A stretch of DNA of 64,000 nucleotides, from NCBI GenBank assembly GCA_964591945.1, contig CAZQBM010000002.1, positions 6,550 to 70,549 on the forward strand, read 5' to 3'. The stretch is from an uncultured Lachnospiraceae bacterium (GTDB lineage: Bacteria > Bacillota > Clostridia > Lachnospirales > Lachnospiraceae). A program made the position numbers and the translations under genes. The notes beneath the pieces are model-generated. The model made no database searches. It saw only the letters and a list, made by a program, of their open reading frames with translations, and was not told the origin of the DNA. How positions within the stretch are numbered: position 1 is the first letter of the stretch; each line of letters opens with the position of its first letter. Shown piece after piece: positions 27,443 to 38,044 of the stretch.

Positions 27443-27694
27443 TTATTTCCTCCGATTCCTTACAGCCTCTGCCAACAGAAATTCTATCTGCCCGTTAATA
27501 CTTCTGAAATCATCATCTGCCCATTTGGCAAGTTCATTCCACAAGGAAGGGGAAAGACGCAGAAGCACCTGCTTCTTTGCCTTCTCCTTCTCTTTTAAAT
27601 TCTTTTCTTTCTCGAGAATTTCCTGTTCCATAGCATGAAGTTTCTCAAGACGTTCCTGCAAGGCCTGTTCTCTTTTTTCAATTTCCATCTTCAT
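27443..27694 (-). CDS. Arc/RHH DNA-binding protein
   Basis: KKQVLLRLSPSLWNELAKWADDDFRSINGQIEFLL; usual partner of SPFH genes. Confidence 0.8.
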   Translation of the reverse strand: MKMEIEKREQALQERLEKLHAMEQEILEKEKNLKEKEKAKKQVLLRLSPSLWNELAKWADDDFRSINGQIEFLLAEAVRNRRK

Positions 27695-27775
27695 GCTCCC
27701 TTACTTCACTACTTACTTTTACCTTATTGCAAAAATGCAATATTGTCAAACACCTTACATCATAGCACTCTATTA

Positions 27776-28750
27776 TTAATAAATGGAACCGCTGTTTACA
27801 ATAGGCTGTGCCTCTTTATTCCCACAAAGTACGACCAAAAGATTACTTACCATTGCTGCCTTACGCTCATCGTCCAGAACAACCACACCATTTTCGTCTA
27901 ACTGGTCAATTGCCATTTTAACCATACTTACTGCACCTTCCACAATCTTCTGGCGCGCTGCAATCACTGCCACTGCCTGCTGACGCTGTAACATTGCTGC
28001 TGCAATTTCTTCCGAATATGCAAGATGTGTAATACGCACTTCCATAATCTCAAGACCCGCACCGGACACGCGTTCCTGAAGTTCGTTCTTCATCTGTGCA
28101 GCGATTTCCTGACTGCTACCACGCAAGGTCTTCTCTTCCACGCCGTCGTCTTCCTGCAAATCATCATAAGGATAAAGACGGGCAATGTTTCGAATCGTAG
28201 AATCACACTGAATGGATAAATAGTCGCGATAATTCTCTACCGCAAAAACAGCCTGCGTAGGATTCGTCACCTTCCAGATAACAACCGCTCCGATAATAAT
28301 GGGGTTACCCAAAACATCATTTACTTTCTGCTTCTCATTGTTTAATGTACAAACCTTGGTAGACACCTTTTTGCTGCCTACTGTTTTAACATACACATTA
28401 CCATCTGCATTCTTAGTCACAACCTTCTCTACACCGGGATTAAAAGCTGTGGCAAAAGGATTTACAAAGTAAAATCCTGCACTTTTAATAGTGCCGTAAT
28501 ATTTACCGAATAAAGTAAGCACAAGTGCTTCGTTAGGATTCACCACTTTCAAACCGCCGATACAAATCATAGCAACGGTAAAAAGAACTGCACCCACAAT
28601 AATCAATAACAGGTTAAACATGGCACCTATAACAAACAGACCAATACTTACCAATGATGCCAAAATAATAAGCAACAACATAACCATACCTGACATCGGA
28701 CGTATTTCCTTCTCCGTTACGCTTGCGTTCATTTTCATTTTTTCTTCCAT
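27776..28750 (-). CDS. SPFH (band 7) domain membrane protein
   Basis: Two TMs, V.PNEA.VLTLFGKY.GT, LAYS.EIAAAMLQRQQA; RBS GGAGG before 28750. Confidence 0.9.
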   Translation of the reverse strand: MEEKMKMNASVTEKEIRPMSGMVMLLLIILASLVSIGLFVIGAMFNLLLIIVGAVLFTVAMICIGGLKVVNPNEALVLTLFGKYYGTIKSAGFYFVNPFATAFNPGVEKVVTKNADGNVYVKTVGSKKVSTKVCTLNNEKQKVNDVLGNPIIIGAVVIWKVTNPTQAVFAVENYRDYLSIQCDSTIRNIARLYPYDDLQEDDGVEEKTLRGSSQEIAAQMKNELQERVSGAGLEIMEVRITHLAYSEEIAAAMLQRQQAVAVIAARQKIVEGAVSMVKMAIDQLDENGVVVLDDERKAAMVSNLLVVLCGNKEAQPIVNSGSIY

Positions 28751-28810
28751 AAAACTCTCCTCCGTTTTATTTATTCTTTTACACAACTCCTCTTCAAGAT
28801 GATATTTGTT

Positions 28811-28860
28811 TGATATCATTTTGATATCATCAATATATCCCTGTTTTTTCCATTTGTCAA
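28811..28860 (-). promoter_or_regulatory. Sigma-A promoter with tandem TGATATCA operator
   Basis: TTGACA-17-TATATT (28860-28832); TGATATCA-TTT-TGATATCA at 28811-28829. Confidence 0.7.
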
Positions 28861-28996
28861 TAATTTTTTATATTATTTTTGACAAATGCTAAATTGCCCT
28901 ATTACACTAACTTTTACTTTCATTTGTTATCCTTTCATACTTCCGTAAAACGCAAAAACGCCCGGCTTATTTACCGGGCATTTTTTAGGGTTTTGT

Positions 28997-30409
28997 TTAT
29001 GAGTTTGAAACCGTGCAAGGCTGTGACTGTATCACTTCCTCTTCACAGTGATTTGGGCGACATGCTTTTGCAAAGCACATATAATCTACGCATACAAGAA
29101 TTGCACTGAGAATCCATATTACAGGCTCTAAGAAGCAGATTCCGATATAACCGCACAAGGGCACAATTACGATTACGGCAACAAATTTGCAAATCAGTTC
29201 CACAATACTTCCGATTACCGGAACGATTTTTCTGCCAACACTTTGCAAACTGCTTCGAAGTACTACAAGGATACTTAATACATAGAAGAAGGGCAGATTC
29301 GTACGAATGTAAATCGTTGACCACTTCAAGACTTCAGAGTCTTTCGTACCGCTTAATAACTGCACCATAAGTTCGCTTCCGAAAATGGAACAAAGTAATG
29401 CGAAAGTACTCCAAACGAAATCAATTAAAATAGAACACATAATGCCTTTTTTCACGCGGTCCATCTTGCCGGCACCGAAATTCTGTCCCACGAAAGTAGA
29501 AGCTGCCATAGTAATGCTACTTAACGGAAGCATAAAAATATCGTCGATTTTTCTTGCAGCCGTGTGTGCCGCAATAGTCTGCTCCCCGAGAGAATTTACG
29601 CCACGTTGCAGGGCTACGGAACCGATGGATACCACCACAATCATAAGGCCCATGGAGATACCTGTAGCAAGCAACTCTTTGATAAGGGCCCAGTCTTTTA
29701 CCACGTCCTTCGGACGGAAGATGAACATAGGGCATTTTTTATAAATATATGCGATGCAAAGAATTACCGAAACAATCTGTGCGATTACAGTCGCCACCGC
29801 CGCTCCTGCCACGCCAAGCGGTGTGTATTTGACAAGGATAATATCCAGGATTACGTTGATAATCATGGCTACGATTAAGAAATACAGCGGTGCACGGCTG
29901 TTGCCGATGGCGCGAAGCATACCTGCGTACATATTATAAAACATGGTCGCCACGGAGAATGCCAGGATAATCACAAGGTATCTGTAAGTATCGTCAATAA
30001 TGGTTGGCGGAGTCTCAAGGAAAATCAAGAGCGGACGCAACAAAAGTAAACTTCCGATGGTAAAAACTACCGAAATAATCGCTGTCAACACAAAGCTCAT
30101 GGCTACGGACTTGCGGATTTCATCTTCCTTATCTGCACCGAATGCTCTCGCAATGACAACCGCAAAACCATTGGTTATACCGTTGGCAAAACCGATTACA
30201 AGGTTGTAAATCGGTGACACGGCACCAATGGATGCCAAGGCATTGTCGCCTAACACGTTACCGATTACAGCAGTATCTACCACATTATACAACTGCTGAA
30301 ATATATTTCCGATCAGAATAGGGAAAGCAAACGCCAACAAACAACTCATAATCGCGCCGTCTGTCATATTACCTGCGTTTTTTCGTAAATTCATTTTTGC
30401 AGTTTTCAT
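28997..30409 (-). CDS. MATE family efflux transporter
   Basis: NMTDG, GNIFQQLYNVVD, LRAIGNSRAPL, GVAGAAVAT, GQNFGA. Confidence 0.95.
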   Translation of the reverse strand: MKTAKMNLRKNAGNMTDGAIMSCLLAFAFPILIGNIFQQLYNVVDTAVIGNVLGDNALASIGAVSPIYNLVIGFANGITNGFAVVIARAFGADKEDEIRKSVAMSFVLTAIISVVFTIGSLLLLRPLLIFLETPPTIIDDTYRYLVIILAFSVATMFYNMYAGMLRAIGNSRAPLYFLIVAMIINVILDIILVKYTPLGVAGAAVATVIAQIVSVILCIAYIYKKCPMFIFRPKDVVKDWALIKELLATGISMGLMIVVVSIGSVALQRGVNSLGEQTIAAHTAARKIDDIFMLPLSSITMAASTFVGQNFGAGKMDRVKKGIMCSILIDFVWSTFALLCSIFGSELMVQLLSGTKDSEVLKWSTIYIRTNLPFFYVLSILVVLRSSLQSVGRKIVPVIGSIVELICKFVAVIVIVPLCGYIGICFLEPVIWILSAILVCVDYMCFAKACRPNHCEEEVIQSQPCTVSNS

Positions 30410-30690
30410 TTTACTTCCTCCTATTCTGTAATTTTTATATAAAAGTTTCTCTTTTATTTATAGAAACTTAGTCACATTTTTTCTCTCATCATCGCTATGG
30501 ATTATAGCAATCTGCTTTTTCTATTTATAGTAATTTTGTTTGATTTAGAATAATTTTGTTGTATATTTTTAAAATTGGTGATAATGTGTATTTTAGATAG
30601 TAAAATACGATAGTTTATCGTCATTTTTATTTATAGAAAAGTTTACGTTATATTGTTTCGCATCTGCCGGAACAAGGAAGGACAAATGCC

Positions 30691-31455
30691 ATGTCTGATT
30701 CACTTGCGCAAAAAATTACCCATCTGCAATTTATTCAGCGCGAAAACAGCATCAAACATCATAGTTATAAAGAAGAAGTTTTATCCTACGAATACATCAA
30801 ACAAGGGGATATGAAGGCTGTTACGGAAGGCGTGCGTATCTTCCTTTCAGATTCGGTGGGGCACTTATCAGACAACCCTTTACGCAACAAACAATACCTT
30901 TTTATTGCTTCTACCACCCTGGCAACCCGTTATGCTATTGAAGGCGGAATGGATGCCGAAACCGCCTACATCGCCAGCGACCTTTTTATCCAAAGGGCCG
31001 ACAAATGTGAGACCGTGACCGAAGTAAACGACCTGCACAAGGAAATGCTTACCTACTATGTTAAACAGGTGGCATCTCACCAGCGTAAAACCGTGCTTTC
31101 CAAGCCGGTTATCCAATGTATGGATTATGTGTATTATCATCTGCACGAAGAAGTAAACGGTGAAATTCTGGCAGAAGTTACAGGGTTAAACCGCTCCTAT
31201 CTCTCCACTCTTTTTCACAAAGAAACCGGAGTCACAATCTCCGACTACATTATGTCTAAGAAAATGGAAGCCACTGAAAACATGCTGAAATATTCCGAAT
31301 ACAGTCTTTCTGACATCAGCGAATTTTTGAATTTTTCTTCTTACAGCTATCTTGCAAAGGTCTTTCGCGAACATCACGGTATGAGTCCCGGAGAGTATCG
31401 CAAACGTTATTTCGGCCATTCGGACATAGGCGAAAATAATCCTATGGACAACTAA
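30691..31455 (+). CDS. AraC-family transcriptional regulator
   Basis: SYLSTLFHKETG, L.F.SYSYL.KVFRE..GMSP.EYR; divergent from MATE. Confidence 0.93.
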   Translation: MSDSLAQKITHLQFIQRENSIKHHSYKEEVLSYEYIKQGDMKAVTEGVRIFLSDSVGHLSDNPLRNKQYLFIASTTLATRYAIEGGMDAETAYIASDLFIQRADKCETVTEVNDLHKEMLTYYVKQVASHQRKTVLSKPVIQCMDYVYYHLHEEVNGEILAEVTGLNRSYLSTLFHKETGVTISDYIMSKKMEATENMLKYSEYSLSDISEFLNFSSYSYLAKVFREHHGMSPGEYRKRYFGHSDIGENNPMDN

Positions 31456-31490
31456 TTATCTTTTATCATATTTATACTATATACATAAAA

Positions 31491-31526
31491 ATACCCTCCT
31501 TACCGGTCAGCCCGGTAAAGAGGGTA
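31491..31526. terminator. Terminator between convergent genes
   Basis: TACCCTC.TTACCGG..CCGGTAA.GAGGGTA. Confidence 0.65.
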
Positions 31527-31559
31527 CATTAACTTTGACATTCTTCAATTTTATCTTAT

Positions 31560-32600
31560 TTATTCATCATCATCTTCCCACATTGCACGTTCTTCCGCTT
31601 TGCGTTTCAGCGCTTCCATACGCTTCAATGTGTTTCTATTAATATCAAGAGGACGACTCTTTACATTGACAACGATGCTGTCATATCCGCCCTCGTTGTA
31701 CAGAAGTTCCGTTAATGCATCAAATTCCATTGTCCACGCATGATACTCCTTATCGGAATACAGAAGACGGAACTGATCCCAGTCTGTAAATACCGGAAGA
31801 CCTTTGGTTCCATCCGGCGCCACAAGTACGGGAATTGCCGCATTGGAATCTGCACCAATACGAATATCTGCTGCATTCTTGGATTCCGGCGCACCCTTGG
31901 TAGGTACCAATAATACTGCATCACGGGATGCACGAATCAGCGCATTCTCCAACTTCTCTACAACTCTGCGTCGCTCACTGTATTCAACCTTCCAGCCTAA
32001 CTCCTGCGAAAGTTTCAAATGTGCTCTCATAAACTCCGGATTGGTTACCGGAATACGGTTAGGCGGGAAACCTTCCCAGCTGGGCGGTAAAACCAAATCC
32101 CTGTTTTCAATATAGTAGCCTGTCTGACCGTTATCTACAAAGATACCGCCTACACCATTGGTATAAAAGGCTCTTCCGAGAAAACCTAACTGACTTTCTT
32201 TAGAGATTTCCATAGTATGGAAACTTCTGCGTTCTTCCTTATAGTGTTCCACACAGTTGTCCGCATATTCCTTTTCTGAGAAAATCCAAATGGAATTATT
32301 AATTTCAGTAATAAAAGGATAGCCCGTCGTGTTATCCACTACTGTATAAAGAACTTCTGCAGCTCTGATTTTATCAACCAGCTTTGAATGCATATTGCGG
32401 ATACGGTCTTTCATCTCGTCAATCTTATCCATACTGTCCATATGGTCTCCTGATTGAATCAACCACTTTGCATTGGTAATCAGGACACACATATCCTGAA
32501 TACTTAAACCCGCATATTCTTCCTCCGTAATCTCTTCATCACGAAGTAAGAACTTGTCGCTGATTTCTTTATCATGCTGCTGCTTTTCTTCTAATGTCAT
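31560..32600 (-). CDS. SseB-family protein
   Basis: VTNPE, LLVP, LPVFTDWDQF, IVVN SseB-like motifs. Confidence 0.7.
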   Translation of the reverse strand: MTLEEKQQHDKEISDKFLLRDEEITEEEYAGLSIQDMCVLITNAKWLIQSGDHMDSMDKIDEMKDRIRNMHSKLVDKIRAAEVLYTVVDNTTGYPFITEINNSIWIFSEKEYADNCVEHYKEERRSFHTMEISKESQLGFLGRAFYTNGVGGIFVDNGQTGYYIENRDLVLPPSWEGFPPNRIPVTNPEFMRAHLKLSQELGWKVEYSERRRVVEKLENALIRASRDAVLLVPTKGAPESKNAADIRIGADSNAAIPVLVAPDGTKGLPVFTDWDQFRLLYSDKEYHAWTMEFDALTELLYNEGGYDSIVVNVKSRPLDINRNTLKRMEALKRKAEERAMWEDDDE

Positions 32601-32681
32601 GTTCAGTCTCCTCTGTTCACGGATAGTATATATTATTCCGTTTCTCATCTCTTTTATAAAACGCAATCAGACACTATTTTA

Positions 32682-34604
32682 TTAGTCTACCATCTGTTGC
32701 ATCTGCTCAGAAATCTTCGCAAGCAATGCTTCAATTTCTGCAGTCTTCGCCGCAATTTCCTCGCTATTTGCCGCAAGGGTAACAATTGCTTCATTTACCT
32801 GCGCAATATTTGTTAAGAATGCATCTGTTTCTGCGGATAGTCCCTCCATAGCAGGAATAACATCCTTACTCTGCTTCTGTCCGTCTTCTACCGTAGACTT
32901 GGTTAATTCTGCAAGTTCTCTTACACGTTCTGCGATTACTGCAAAGCCCTTACCTGCTTCACCGGCTCTTGCTGCTTCAATACCTGCATTCAATGCAAGC
33001 ATATTGGTCTTACTTGAAATCTTAATGATTTCTTCATTGATTTCATCGTAACCCTTAACGGAATGCATAACCTGATCGGTAGATGCTTTCATGGTATCGC
33101 CAAACTCTGCAACCGAAGACATCATCTGCGCCATATTAGTCGCATCACTTGCCGTTGCCGAATTACCTTCAGACAATTCATTCATTGCTTCAGTAATGCG
33201 TGCAAGTTCTGCTGCCACTTCCTGATAAAGCGCTTCCTTCTGCTGTCTTGCTGCTTCAGCTTCCAGGGACTTCTCTTCCACAAATCTCATAGTCTCGCCA
33301 AGCTCATCTTTCACATAGTGAATACAATTATCCACTACATTAATTCCGCAGGCAACAGCAGTCGCCATTGTTTTACAATTCTGGTAACCGCAAGCACCGC
33401 AGTTAATGCTTCTCTGCTCCGGTTCAACCTTCTTCATCTTCATGAATACGTTCTCAAGAACTTCTTCGGGAACTTCTTCCAAACGATTATCCTTCACTTC
33501 GTATGTACATACAAAGTCATCTAAGTTTAACTTCTTAAACTGCTCATTTAATAATTTCAGACGTGCAGCATAATCAATTTCCTTGCTCCAAGGACTCTTC
33601 TTATTATGACGATTTGATTTCACTCTCTGATTATGAATCTCAAGTAAAATATCATCATTCATCTCATTCTCAGGATTGGTAGCGGTACCGTAAATACATC
33701 CGCCGCCGCAGTTCAAGGCATCTACCATAAAAGGAAGTTCCTTGCCGGCCTTAACACGGTCTGCATATGCTTCCAGGAAATGATATACATGCTTCTCGCC
33801 TTCAATCTGGCGGATAAATACATCTCTGCCAAGGAAATGTTCCACATTTTCGCGAAGACCACCGGGCTGGGGATATACACTACCCAAACCATATTCAATC
33901 TCGTCAAAACCGTTGTATTTGCTTAAATCCATACCTTTAAGCTTCTTAACCAGATGCTCAAAGGTAACATTGTACTCTATATATCCTGCATTCTGAGGTC
34001 TTGTGATTTCAGACTTCTTTGCAATACAGGGACTTATGAATGCAAGCTTGTCTATTACATTCATATACTTCTTCGCATAAATAGCACCACACATCATAGG
34101 ACTGTGAATCGGCACAAGTTTAGAAACCAATTCCGGAACATAATGCTCAATATAATCCACAACTGCAGGACAAGGCTGTGAAATACCTCCAACCATATTA
34201 TGCTTAGTAATCCAGTTCAGATATGCCCAGGTTGTAATATCTGCACCAAAACTGATGCTGATAATGTGGTTCGCACCAAGGCTCTTTAAGTAACCCAGAA
34301 TCTGTCTGTATTCATTCGGATAATTTGCAATAAAAGCAGGCGCTAATAATAAGCTGATTCTTTCGCCCTTTGCCAAATCTGCAAAGAAACGTTCCGTATC
34401 ATCTTTAAAGTCTCTGGCTTTATGCTGACAAACATCGATACATGCACCGCAATGCACGCAGGAATCCCCATCTACCCTAACAACATTTAAAGCGCCATCC
34501 GCCACTGCATGATTTGCCTGCAAAACAGGACAAACCGAAATACATCTGTTACAACCCACACAATCTTCATTTGTGTAGACCAACCCCTTATTCAACTCAC
34601 CCAT
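32682..34604 (-). CDS. [FeFe]-hydrogenase-like sensory protein fused to a methyl-accepting chemotaxis signalling domain
   Basis: Two CxxCxxCxxxC ferredoxin motifs; [25 protein letters not shown]; NCGACGY..C; [33 protein letters not shown]. Confidence 0.88.
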   Translation of the reverse strand: MGELNKGLVYTNEDCVGCNRCISVCPVLQANHAVADGALNVVRVDGDSCVHCGACIDVCQHKARDFKDDTERFFADLAKGERISLLLAPAFIANYPNEYRQILGYLKSLGANHIISISFGADITTWAYLNWITKHNMVGGISQPCPAVVDYIEHYVPELVSKLVPIHSPMMCGAIYAKKYMNVIDKLAFISPCIAKKSEITRPQNAGYIEYNVTFEHLVKKLKGMDLSKYNGFDEIEYGLGSVYPQPGGLRENVEHFLGRDVFIRQIEGEKHVYHFLEAYADRVKAGKELPFMVDALNCGGGCIYGTATNPENEMNDDILLEIHNQRVKSNRHNKKSPWSKEIDYAARLKLLNEQFKKLNLDDFVCTYEVKDNRLEEVPEEVLENVFMKMKKVEPEQRSINCGACGYQNCKTMATAVACGINVVDNCIHYVKDELGETMRFVEEKSLEAEAARQQKEALYQEVAAELARITEAMNELSEGNSATASDATNMAQMMSSVAEFGDTMKASTDQVMHSVKGYDEINEEIIKISSKTNMLALNAGIEAARAGEAGKGFAVIAERVRELAELTKSTVEDGQKQSKDVIPAMEGLSAETDAFLTNIAQVNEAIVTLAANSEEIAAKTAEIEALLAKISEQMQQMVD

Positions 34605-34806
34605 AATTAATTACCTCCCCCAATGAGTATAATTAATACTATTTTATTCCAATTAGCGTTCATAGTCAAGAAAAAGCGCTCTTTTCCGACCTCGTCCTAC
34701 ACCTTTTTTATAAAATAAAAATCCCTTTACTTCTTTAGTCGGACAGGAGTTTTTTGTATAACTTTCCCGTTCAGCGATTTTAGGTAAAAGGACTTTTATT
34801 TTATAG

Positions 34807-35061
34807 TTATGTATGTTGTTGTAAATACTTCTCTTTTGTTGCCATTCCACCACGAATATGTCGTTCCGACTTATTAACGTCCAAAACAATTCTGGCCCTT
34901 TTGGCAAGGGACGGATCAATCTCTTCCAGACGTTCTGTTACATCTTTATGTACGGTACTTTTACTAATGCCAAACTTCTTTGCAGTCTGTCTAACCGTGG
35001 CATTTTGTTCAATAATATAGTTTGCTACTTCGATAGCACGTTCTTCGATATATGTTTTCAA
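34807..35061 (-). CDS. spoIIID: Sporulation transcription regulator SpoIIID
   Basis: YIEERA..ATVRQTAKKFGISKSTVHKDVTERL..RHIRGG.ATK; TTG start after GAGGAG. Confidence 0.97.
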   Translation of the reverse strand: MKTYIEERAIEVANYIIEQNATVRQTAKKFGISKSTVHKDVTERLEEIDPSLAKRARIVLDVNKSERHIRGGMATKEKYLQQHT

Positions 35062-35142
35062 AAGAAAACTCCTCATAACACTTTTTTACAGTTTATGAGG
35101 AGTCTTTATTCGTTATGACTAAATCCTTCTGACGCAGAAAAT

Positions 35143-36312
35143 CTATTTCACAATCTCCGCATTCTCCATAAGATAATCAATAACCGCTTCTTTCATTGCA
35201 AGCTGATTAATATATCCCTTGCCGTACATTTCTTCCATCTGAAGTTTAAAATCAGCAGTTGCACCCAAATCTTCCATTACCGCATCCATATGCTCTGAAG
35301 TAATGGCAAGGCCGGCATCTTCATAGATTGCCTGCACACTCATATGACCGGCCACAATTTCCTGCGCTCTTAATCTCAATGCAGCTTCATATTCCAATTC
35401 ATTAGCTGCACCTTTATATTCAGCAAGTGTACCATATGCACCACCAAAAAGCTGATTCATATAATCATATTCCTGCTGGTCTGCAAATTTCGTAAGACCC
35501 ATAACATCTTTCACGTAATCTTCCGGATATTCCTGCACCAGACAGTAGTCTGTAATATATGTCTGCACATATTGTTCCAAAGCCTCATTTTCTTCTTTTT
35601 CTTCCAAATATGCGCGATATGCATCCGCAGTTAAAGCATAATCAGATAAGTGCTCTTTAACAAACGCATCATTAAATTCCGGCTTAATATAAATGCCATT
35701 TAATCGAATACTGAACACTGCATCCTTGCCGGCCACCTCTGCATTCCCGTACTCTTCGGGGAATGTTACTTCGATATCAAATTCCGTTCCGATTTTTTTT
35801 CCAACCAATTGTTCTTCAAAATCGTCTATATATCCGGCCTCACCAACTTTAATTACAGTGCCTCCATCTGCAGTAGAACCTCCCTCAAAAGCCACACCAT
35901 CAATCGTTCCCACATAATCAAGATTAATTACATCAAATAACTCTACAACAATGCCGGCCTCTGTAGAATAATCCATATTGGATTCCAGCACTCCTTCAAT
36001 TTGAGTATCAATACTACCTTCCACAATACCAAGCTTACTATAATCAACTCTGATATTCTGATATTGACCAAGTTTCACATAGTCCTGCACAACAACGCCT
36101 TCAATGGTTCCGTCATCGTTAAGACCTTCACTGTAATTCTCAACAGGTGCTGTAATAAGTACAGTTTTATAATAAATAAAATATCCAAGTAAACCTAAAA
36201 CCAAAACAATTGCTGCGCCGATTGCAATATTACGCACACTCTTTTTCATCTGCGCTTTGCGGATTGCTTTTTCTCTTTTCTTTTTCTGCAATTCACGTTT
36301 TTTACTGCTCAT
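35143..36312 (-). CDS. Membrane-anchored trigger-factor-like FKBP peptidyl-prolyl isomerase
   Basis: Basic N-terminus + TM; DYVGTIDGVAFEGG, YIDDFEEQLVG, VTFPEEYG..AGKDAVF. Confidence 0.85.
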   Translation of the reverse strand: MSSKKRELQKKKREKAIRKAQMKKSVRNIAIGAAIVLVLGLLGYFIYYKTVLITAPVENYSEGLNDDGTIEGVVVQDYVKLGQYQNIRVDYSKLGIVEGSIDTQIEGVLESNMDYSTEAGIVVELFDVINLDYVGTIDGVAFEGGSTADGGTVIKVGEAGYIDDFEEQLVGKKIGTEFDIEVTFPEEYGNAEVAGKDAVFSIRLNGIYIKPEFNDAFVKEHLSDYALTADAYRAYLEEKEENEALEQYVQTYITDYCLVQEYPEDYVKDVMGLTKFADQQEYDYMNQLFGGAYGTLAEYKGAANELEYEAALRLRAQEIVAGHMSVQAIYEDAGLAITSEHMDAVMEDLGATADFKLQMEEMYGKGYINQLAMKEAVIDYLMENAEIVK

Positions 36313-36345
36313 TATATTCTCCTTTTACCCGTTCGTTCAAAACGT

Positions 36346-38010
36346 TTATTTGCTTGCATCCTCACTACGAATCTGTGCACGTTTAATTTTACCGCCCAAA
36401 GTCTTGGGTAATTCATCTACGAACTCTACGATTCGGGGGTACTTATAAGGCGCTGTCGCCTTCTTAACGTGATTCTGTAATTCCTTAATCAATTCATCGG
36501 AAGGTGTATAACCTTTCGCAAGTACTACGGTAGCCTTAACAACCTGACCTCTGATAGGGTCGGGAGCTGCCGTAATCGCACACTCAACAACTGCAGGATG
36601 CTCAACCAATGCACTCTCAACCTCGAAAGGTCCGATACGATAACCGGAACACTTAATAACATCATCATGACGGCCTACAAACCAGTGATAGCCCATATTA
36701 TCTCGCCAGGCAACATCTTTTAAGTTATAAGCGCCACTGCCCAAAGCTTCCTTCGTCATCTCTTCGTCTTTATAATATCCTACAAAAAGACCAACGGGGG
36801 GCTGTTTATCCAAACCGCAAATTACGATTTCACCTTCTTCACCATTCTCACAATCTTCGCCCTTATCATTTAAAAGTCTCAAATCGTAAATCGGTGAAGG
36901 CTTGCCCAATGTACCGGGCTTTGCTTCGAACCATTCGAAGCATGCAATCAATACGGTACCTTCCGTCTGTCCGAAACCGGAAGCAATCTTTCTGCCTGTT
37001 AATTCCTCCCAGCGGTCAAATACTTCAGGATTTAATGCTTCACCTGCAGTACACCACTGTTCAACGGAAGATAAATCATAATCTTCCACCTTTTCCTGTA
37101 ACATAAAACGATACATGGTAGGCGGTGCACAGAAAGTAGTTAATTTGTATTTCTCAATTACGCCAAGCAGATTTGCCGGAATAAATTTGTCCATATCATA
37201 ACAGAAAATAGTTGCACCACAAATCCACTGTCCGTAAATTTTACCCCAGCCAAACTTCGCCCAGCCGGAATCGGATACGCTCATATGAAGCTTGTTTTCC
37301 TGTACTCTCTGCCAATATTTCGCAGTAACAATGTGTCCCAAAGGATGCATATAATTATGACAAACCATCTTAGGCATACCGGTTGTACCGGATGTAAAAT
37401 AAATCTGCATAATATCCGTATTTTTGGTCGCAGCATCACCTGTAGGTCGTTCAAACACGTCAGACTGTTCCATTAATTCCTTGTTGAAATTAATCCAGCC
37501 TTCACGCTCTGTATTATCTACCAAAGCAATGTGTTTAATGCAAGAGGCTTCCGCCTTTGCAAGCTCCATCTGCTCTACTACATACGCATCATTTAAACAT
37601 ACAAACATTTCAATGTTTGCAGCATTGGCACGATATGCAATATCCTTCTTGGTGAGCTGTAATGTTCCGGGAACAACGATGGCACCAAGCTTAATCAAAC
37701 CGGTTGCACATACCCAGTACTCCCAGCGTCTTCTGAGAATAAGCATTACAACCGAACCTTTTTTAACACCCTTGGATGCAAAAAAGTTTGCAGCTCTGTT
37801 GGACAACTTGCTCATATCTTCGAAGGTAAAAACCTTCTCTTCGTTATGATCGTTACACCAAACCAAAGCTCTGTTTTCAGGCTTTTCTTTGGCCCAACCA
37901 TCTACAATATCGAAACCGAAATTAAAATTCTCGGGAATATTTACTGTATAATTCTTTTTAAAATCTTCGTAGGAATCAAACTGAATCCTAGGTAAAAACT
38001 TTTCTAACAT
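36346..38010 (-). CDS. Acyl-CoA synthetase (AMP-forming)
   Basis: FTSGTTGMPK, GFGQTE, GR.DDVIK.SGYRIGPFEVES, PYKYPR, LPKT..GKI. Confidence 0.93.
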   Translation of the reverse strand: MLEKFLPRIQFDSYEDFKKNYTVNIPENFNFGFDIVDGWAKEKPENRALVWCNDHNEEKVFTFEDMSKLSNRAANFFASKGVKKGSVVMLILRRRWEYWVCATGLIKLGAIVVPGTLQLTKKDIAYRANAANIEMFVCLNDAYVVEQMELAKAEASCIKHIALVDNTEREGWINFNKELMEQSDVFERPTGDAATKNTDIMQIYFTSGTTGMPKMVCHNYMHPLGHIVTAKYWQRVQENKLHMSVSDSGWAKFGWGKIYGQWICGATIFCYDMDKFIPANLLGVIEKYKLTTFCAPPTMYRFMLQEKVEDYDLSSVEQWCTAGEALNPEVFDRWEELTGRKIASGFGQTEGTVLIACFEWFEAKPGTLGKPSPIYDLRLLNDKGEDCENGEEGEIVICGLDKQPPVGLFVGYYKDEEMTKEALGSGAYNLKDVAWRDNMGYHWFVGRHDDVIKCSGYRIGPFEVESALVEHPAVVECAITAAPDPIRGQVVKATVVLAKGYTPSDELIKELQNHVKKATAPYKYPRIVEFVDELPKTLGGKIKRAQIRSEDASK

Positions 38011-38044
38011 TTTATCTCCATTCCATGCTTTGTACGCATAAACC

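Noticed and set aside
34605-34800. Sigma-28 promoter for the hydrogenase-MCP gene
   Set aside because: Only a poor match (TAAA-N16-GTCGGAAA); not convincing
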